Assembly (NCBI GenBank): GCA_977017575.1 | Contig: CDRNVI010000165.1 | Coordinates: 1 to 39,719, forward strand | DNA: 39,719 nucleotides | From: Paramoeba atlantica | Lineage: Eukaryota; Protista; Discosea | Direction of reading: 5' to 3' | Shown here: positions 33,657 to 39,719 of the stretch, one piece after another | Position numbering within the stretch: position 1 is the stretch's first letter | Layout of the letters: every line of letters begins with the position of its first letter | Program-made: the position numbers and the translations under genes | Notes under the pieces: model-generated | What the model saw: only the letters and a program-made list of their open reading frames with translations | Told to the model about the DNA's origin: nothing | Database searches by the model: none

Positions 33657-34265
33657 TTTTTCAGAATTCTAATTTTTAATTTTTGGAATTCTAAAAATGA
33701 AAGTTTGTTTTTCAGAATTCTGAAAATCATTTTTCAGAATTTTGAAAAAAAAGATTATTTTTGGGTTGGGCCTGTAGTTTAGTTGTAAATTCGACTATGT
33801 CCAACCTCAGGGGGGTGAGTTCAAATCCCAGTTTTTCAATATTATAGAAAATTTTTCTGGTGCTGTAGAGTGATTTGATTGGAGTGAGGAGCTCTTGAAG
33901 AAGTGTGAAAATTGGAACAGGTTACATCTCAACCCTGTCTGCTAAAAAGTTGAGGATAAATTCCCTTGGAAGGAGCTTTGGATTATTCTCCCTTCTGATG
34001 TGCATCCTCCAGCCTGAACTTGTAGAAGTTCTAAAGTTCAACATAAAGACCAACTGAACTAAGCTGAAGTTTAAAACTTCACCTCTCGTTAGAGGTTAAA
34101 AACAAACATAATTTAATGTAATTCAAATGGCTTAGATTAAGAACTACTAATTGAATAAAGTCTGCCTCAAAAAAAAAAAAAAAAAAAGATTATTTTTCAG
34201 AATTCTGAAAATTGAAAGTTTGATTTTTGAAATTCTAAAAATTGAATTTCAGAATTCAGAAAATC
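33657..34265. repeat. Array of about 7 palindromic TTTCAGAATTCTGAAA-like motifs, split by SINE copy 4
   Basis: Perfect 16-bp palindromes at 33710-33725 and 34195-34210. Variants near 33658, 33681, 33731, 34226 and 34247. Confidence 0.75.
33763..34187 (+). mobile_element. tRNA-headed SINE (copy 4)
   Basis: Starts GGGTTGG at 33763, has A and B boxes, AATAAA at 34154-34159 and poly(A) from 34169. The TSD A8GATTATTTTT lies at 33745-33762 and 34180-34197. Confidence 0.94.
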
Positions 34266-34534
34266 AAAGGTTTGTCCAAAATTGAGTTGGAACTGTTTAT
34301 TTGCTAAGGTGGAACTTTTTTTTTGAGGCTTTAAAAGGAAGTGATGGGGTTAGTTTGGATGATTGATAAATTCATGACTTGAGATGTATAGTTTAGCCAG
34401 CCTAGAGTGTTGTTTGCCCATAACATAGCAACAACCTGTTTATTTTCTTCTCAATAAATCAGTTTGTAAATTCCCTATTGGAAGAAAAGAAAGAGTTTTG
34501 TTCAGAGATAATCAGCTCAGTGCACATTCCTTAT

Positions 34535-34858
34535 GTGCATTGGGGGTGCATTGCATCACCCAAATGGCATGGAAAGAAATTCCCAGAGGCTGTATTTGCT
34601 TGTAAAAGCTGTTTTTTTGATGTCATCCAGATGGATTGGAATTGACCAGAATGCATCAGTGAGATCAATTGTTAAGAAATAAGATAGAAGCATTCTCTAA
34701 TACTGCCAGTATTTCATCCATTTTCAGAAGTGGGTATGAATCTTTCTTTGTCACTTTGTTAAGTGCTCTAAAATCAATGCAAAATCTGATTTTTCCATTT
34801 TTCTTGTCAGCTAATAAAATGGGTGAAGCCCAAGGTGTGTGGCCAGGGGAAGAAGGGA
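34535..34858 (-). pseudogene. Ty3/gypsy reverse transcriptase fragment
   Basis: PWASPILLADKKNGKIRFCIDFRALNKVTKKDSYPLLKMDEIL...SGQFQ...KTAF...EFLSMPFG*CNAP are gypsy RT domains 1-3. Confidence 0.85.
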
Positions 34859-34859
34859 A

Positions 34860-35805
34860 AGGAACAAGAAAAACACAACAGAATGGAACTGAAGAGAATG
34901 GTTTATTCATATCAACAAACAGAAAAGGGGAAACAAATGATTTGTGACAGCAGAGAAAAAGGGAGAGAAAACAACACAAAACAAAGGAGAGGAAGACAGT
35001 GAAAACAGTGTGAAAAGAGCGTTTTAGTGGCAACAGAATGCAGGTGAATCATTCATGAATCAACATCCCAAAAAGCATGGAGAAAAGGAAAAAGACAGGA
35101 GAAAAGAAAGGGAAGGAAAAGTGAGAAAAGGAGAAAAAGGAAAGAGAAAGAGAGAAAGAGAAAGAAGGAGAAAGGATGAGAGAGAGGAAAGGAAGGGATG
35201 AGAGGAGAGAAAGGGAAAGAAGAGAAAGGAGAGAAAAGAGAGGAAAGAGAGAAAGTGTCAGTCAGGGAGAACAGGAAGAGAGAGATCAATTGTTCAGCAG
35301 AAGAGAATGTGAGAATGGCTCCAAATGGAAAAACACAAGAGCCAACAGGATCATAACACACCCTCCCCAATTTGGAGCCATTTGAACAACAAGCAGCACT
35401 GTTCAAATGAGGACAAAATGCAAAAACAAAGAACAAAACAGATCAAGGAGCAGAAGTGGAAATGGGAGCCACAAAGCTTTCTCTAAAGGGGATAAATTTC
35501 ACTGGAGGCAAAGGTTTTGTGAATATGTCAGCAATATTCTCAGCAGATGGGGTTTGGTCAATTTTAAGGACTTTATCTTCAATGGCATCTCGAATGAAAT
35601 GGTTACTAACATCAAAATGTTTGTTGCCTTGGGTTACTCTAGGAATTTCAGCAATGGCAGTTGCAGGTTTGGAATCAACTCACATCAGAATAACATCATT
35701 GGATGGTAATTCAAGGTCTTTCAATAGGTTTCTTGCAAATTTAATTTCCCGGGTGCACTCACTCATGGCATGGTATTCAGCTTCACAACTTGATAAGCAA
35801 ACTTG
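34860..35805 (-). mobile_element. Second Ty1/copia remnant: RNase H, PPT and probable 3' LTR
   Basis: LSSCEAEYHAMSECTRE...VDSKPATAIAE...NKHFDVSNHFIRD...TPSAENIADIFTKPL (35443-35805). PPT GGGGAGGG (35361-35368) is followed by TGTGTTA. AATAAA lies near 34905. The distal LTR limit is approximate. Confidence 0.72.
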
Positions 35806-36900
35806 AAGAATTTTCACAATTACTTCAAAACCTTCCTGAGCAGTGAAGTGAAGAGCGGTCTTTTCATACTTGAACAAAAAGAAGATGTTAAAAAAAGAAC
35901 AAAACAAAAATAAATATCACACAACACAACCATTCACAATTGAAACAACCAACAATGAACCACAACACAAATAAAAGAATCAAAAAAAATCAAAACTCGG
36001 CTATCTTGAAGATTAAAATTGAAGCCATATTCAAGAAAACCTCTGAAAGCAGCATCGTGAAGACTGCAGTATATCCACCTTTAACAAAAAAAACTTGTTA
36101 AAAAAGAACAAAAGAACAAATCACAAGAGAGAGAAGTTGGAAAAAAAAACCATGAATTGGAAGTTGAGATCAAGAGGTTTCGATTGTTTGTTTTCAAGAA
36201 GAAGAACTTTGACAAGTTCTTGATCCCATTCTTTGAAAAGAGTCTTTGTTGTTCTCAATTTTTTTCAGAATCGCAGGTGCCCCTTGTTGATGATGAGTTT
36301 GAAACCACTTTTGGACTTGGGGGATTGAATGGACAATTCTTTCGCGAGTTGCGCTTGTTCAACAGAGGTTCACCCTGACTCGAATCCACAGCCGAATTTG
36401 CTCTGCAGAAAGTCCTCCTGTCGATTGAGACTTTCTTTTGAGTTCATGTTGATCAGCCTCAAATTCCGAGTGGAGATGTTCAAGGACTTCTCGTTAGAAG
36501 GAGTCGAAAAAGTTTTTGGTATGCTCTCCATGGTCTTTTTCCAAGAGAAAAGAAAGTGACAAATTTGGAACAAAAACCAGAGGAGGGGCACCTTCTGAAG
36601 TTGCGACCCCACATGACGAGGAAACGGAAATCCTTCGTTGGACAATCCTCGTTGGACAATCCTTCGTTGGACAAAACCTTTGAGAGCGGCAATGTGAAGA
36701 GCAGTCCTTCCATCCTTTAACAAAAAGAAGTTGGTTTTAAAAAAAAGAACAAAAACAATAAAATATCAACACAACATGAAACAACCAATAAGAAACCCAT
36801 CACATCAGAAATAAAATGAGAAAAACAAAGAAATCAAAATCAAAATCAAAAAAAAAGAAAATCAAACTGCATCTTGAAAATCAAGATTGGATCCATCAAG
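35806..36900 (-). pseudogene. Ankyrin-repeat gene debris (one repeat per exon)
   Basis: Exon starts after T-rich introns ending in AG: EKTALHFTAQEGFEVIVKIL (~35810-35870), GYTA.LHDAAFRGF (~36040-36075) and DGRTALHIAALKGF (~36677-36718). Exon ends GFNFNLQD and GSNLDFQD are followed by GT. Confidence 0.62.
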
Positions 36901-37390
36901 AGGTTTCGATTGTTTGTTTTCAAGAAGAAGAACTTTGACAAGTTCTTGATCCCCTTCCCTCAATCAAGTTCAATTGTAAGTTTCCATTCCAAAAGAGTCT
37001 TTGTTGTTCTCAATTTTTTTCAGAATCACAGGTGCCCCTTGTTGATGATGAGTTTGAAACCACTTTTGGACTTGGGGGATTGAATGGACAATTCTTTCGT
37101 GAGTTGCGCTTGTTCAACAGAGGTTCACCCTGACTCGAATCCACAGCCGAATTTGCTCTGCAGAAAGTCCTCCTGTCGATTGAAAGGACTTCTCGTTCGA
37201 AGGAGTCGAAAAAGTTTTTGGTATGCTCTCCGTGGTCTTTTTCCAAGAGAAAAGAAAGTGACAAATTTGGAACAAAAACCAGAGGAGGCGCGACCTTCTG
37301 AAGTTGCGACCCCACATGACGAGGAAACGGACAATCCTTCGTGACAATCCTTCGTTGGACAATCCTTCGTTGGACAATCCTTCGTTGGCC
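36150..37390. repeat. Direct segmental duplication (~36150-36680 and ~36875-37390) ending in 15-bp tandem repeats
   Basis: Shared blocks, e.g. AAGAGGTTTCGATTGTTTGTTTTCAAGAAG (36171, 36898) and GATGATGAGTTTGAAACCAC (36289, 37044). (TCCTTCGTTGGACAA)n at about 36631-36675 and 37330-37388. Confidence 0.85.
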
Positions 37391-37629
37391 AAAATCGTTG
37401 TCAATTCCGAATTTTTTTTTTGAGCGTAAAACACAAAAAAATTTTTTTGCAAAAATTTTGTGGTATTTTTGGCAAAAATACCTGGCTGGAAAAGACGAGG
37501 AATGGGGGGATGTTCGTTTTCTTCGTCTTCAAAAAGAACCCCAAGATTTGTTCGTCTTTTCTCCAGACTCAAAAATTCTTTTTGCGCAAATTCGAATCTT
37601 GTTGGACTCCACCTCTCGACTCTTTGGCG

Positions 37630-38127
37630 ATGAACAATCTGTTGTTGTTTCTTGTGTTGTTTTTCTGTGCCATGGTGCACAATGCCTCTGCCGACTCTTG
37701 CAATTTTCCAGTGCCAATCGATCTCGCTTCAAATGACACAAGGTTGGTGATGGACACAACATGGCAGAAAGGATCGGCGATCACCGGTGGTGAGTTGTTG
37801 GCTGAATGGGTCGTTGGTTGGTCGCAGCAAATGTTGACAGGTTACTTGACGGTGTTGTACTATCAAAATGGCCAAAATTGTCCAACTGCAATCCAACGTT
37901 ATGTTTATGGTGTATATTGGGATACTGTCCATTATTTTGGTGGTGTTGACGCACAGTATGTTCTCGGTGCACACGATCCAAATTATTGTCCATGGAGTGA
38001 CAACTCTCATATCGTTGGGGAGTTTAATTCTGCTGCATATCATTTTCAACTTCAGGCACAATATGCTTGTAATTATGCCTGGGATCATCGCTGGAAAGTG
38101 TATCAGAATGCAATTCTCTCTGAATAG
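37630..38127 (+). CDS. Intronless secreted protein, 165 aa, unknown family
   Basis: ATG at 37630 gives MNNLLLFLVLFFCAMVHNASA-DSC, a signal-peptide pattern. The mature part is Trp/Tyr/Gly-rich with four Cys and an N-D-T sequon. No stops; CpGs retained; ends TAG. Confidence 0.8.
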   Translation: MNNLLLFLVLFFCAMVHNASADSCNFPVPIDLASNDTRLVMDTTWQKGSAITGGELLAEWVVGWSQQMLTGYLTVLYYQNGQNCPTAIQRYVYGVYWDTVHYFGGVDAQYVLGAHDPNYCPWSDNSHIVGEFNSAAYHFQLQAQYACNYAWDHRWKVYQNAILSE

Positions 38128-38351
38128 AAATAATGTGTGAATTTCTCTCGATTTTAACAAAGATTCAAAATAAATCAGTCTCTTTTGAATGTATTCTCTT
38201 ATTCTGAGAAATTTTCCCTTTTCTTATTTTATTTCAAGGAAATTATTCTGGAGGTTTCACTGTGCCTTCTCAACACAATGTCACCAAGATCAGGTCCAAA
38301 TAAAAAGAGATTAACAGTTCCATGTTTCAGAAAAATAATTGCAAAAGGGGA

Positions 38352-39719
38352 TCAGCAAGGAAGGTTTGCTTGATCTTCTTCTCTTTGTTTTTTCTCATGA
38401 AATTCTCTGAAAAAAAATCTCAAAATGAGCAAAAGGTTCTTTTGAAAAAATTAAAGAAAAAAAAATGCCATACTTCCGCCACTGAATAACTTCTGGTGGG
38501 ACTTTTGTTTCTTTAATTTTGATTCCCTTTCTCTTCCCTTTTACAAGAGGCTTTTTTCCTTTGACAAGCTGAGGTTTTCTTTCTGATTCATCTTGGTAAC
38601 CAATAAGAATTGATTTTGGAGTCTACTCAAAAGAAGTGGTTAGAGTGGGAGGCAAAAATAAGTTATTTTCGAAAAAGAAAGAAAGAAAAACTACCTTTGG
38701 CTTTGGAGATGCGGGAGGGGTACGGGGAGAAAAATGAGAACGGACAGAAAGAGGTGGAGAGCCTGGATGATGGGGCGAAAGGGAAACAGTCTTGTTCTCT
38801 TCTTTTGATGATTTCATTGCCTGAAATTTACTCTTGAAAGATGTTGTGCGATCTGATCTGGTAATTTTTCTATTTTTCTGGTGAGTTCAATCTTATTTTT
38901 ATCCATTTGAAAAATATTGGACAAGAACCTGCCTTGTGGAAGTTGAACTCCCCCCTGATGACAAAAAAATAGAAATAATTAGTTGAGAGGAAAAAATGAA
39001 AATTTCAAAAAAAAAAAAAATAACCTCTTGCCGTTTTGAAGGGGGAACTGAAGAAGATAGAGAAGAACGAGGACGGCGAAAACGAGGTCCACGAGAAGCG
39101 GGAGAGCAGGGAGATGTTGATTGAGGTTGAGGTTGTTGAGGTTGAGGTTGAGCGGGAGAACCTGGAGTACAAATGGGGGAAGAAGGAGAAATGGGAGGGG
39201 TGATTGAACAAGAGGGACTTGTTTGAATTGTTGTTTTGGAGAGAGGGGAAGTGGATGAAATTGGAGGGGGGAAAGTGGATGAAATTGGAGGGGAAGTGAG
39301 AAGTTGAAAATTTGGATTTGATGCTGAAGGGAGAAGAAAAGGTGAAAGATTTGTTGTTGTTGGTGTTGTTGTCGGTAAGAGAGAGAAGGAAGGATCAAAG
39401 AGATATTTAAAAAGAGATTGTGTATCTTCTACATCAGCTTCATCTATTTTTTTTAATGTTTGTCTTTTTTCTTCTTGTGTCTCTCGATTTCTTAAGCTTG
39501 CCCTCTCAACAGTATCACTACTACCACTTCTTCCTCTCTCCATAATTTCCCCTTTGATTCCTCTTCTTCCCACCTCTCTCTGTTCTGGATGATTGATTTC
39601 TTTTTGATCCCTCAATTCCCTTTCTCTTTCTCTCTCTTCTCTTGTTTCTCGTGGAGTCTTCTTTTCTATTTTCTCTTTTGGAATTGGCGGCTCTCTTTTA
39701 GTCTCTGGTTTCAAACCTT
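38352..39719 (-). CDS. Five-exon host gene (3' part), Ser/Pro-rich largely disordered protein, continues beyond the window
   Basis: Exons >39719-39025, 38954-38929, 38869-38695, 38622-38474 and 38406-38352. The four GT-AG introns (70, 59, 72, 67 nt) splice with consistent phase to ...PPSKRQE GGVQLPQGR KITRSD...SPKPK TPKSILIGYQDE...IQWRK EFHEKKQREEDQANLPC*. Confidence 0.75.

Noticed and set aside
1280-34187. Orientation bias of retroelements toward the minus strand (7 of 10)
   Set aside because: The sample is too small and nested insertions are not independent.
37420-37629. 70-aa N-terminal extension of the secreted protein
   Set aside because: It begins at a non-ATG codon in AT-rich upstream DNA. 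The ATG at 37630 directly starts a signal peptide.
38462-38482. WRKYG peptide suggesting a WRKY transcription factor
   Set aside because: YG is read from the intron donor GTATGG (38473). The phase-consistent splice gives QWRKEFHEKK, and no WRKY zinc ligands follow.

Overview
This is one chromosome end of an AT-rich eukaryote with short GT-AG introns; the taxon cannot be fixed from the sequence. It opens with about 500 bp of (CCCTAAA)n (TTTAGGG-type telomere). About 37 kb of subtelomeric transposon debris follows, and the first apparently intact host genes start at about 37.6 kb. The region is dominated by one L1-like LINE family (six copies, one with open ORF1 and nearly complete ORF2: APE endonuclease - RT - CCHC - RNase H) and a ~420-bp tRNA-headed SINE (four copies). 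Most insertions carry readable 15-18 bp target-site duplications, so a three-level nest inside a ~2.4-kb piggyBac-like element can be reconstructed. Also present are two Ty1/copia remnants, a Ty3/gypsy RT fragment, a P-element-like transposase pseudogene and a Crypton-like tyrosine-recombinase element inside an intron of a triplicated RasGEF-like pseudogene. Ankyrin exon debris, a 20/21-bp minisatellite and long purine tracts complete the picture. The most interesting signals are a 5' oligo(A) plus long hairpin on the LINE, a matching GGGTTGG-stem 5' hairpin on the SINE, an uncharacterised ~150-aa domain after the LINE RNase H, and strong C>T/G>A decay of repeats that is not limited to CpG. 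All alignments, translations and folds were done by eye; no searches were run.
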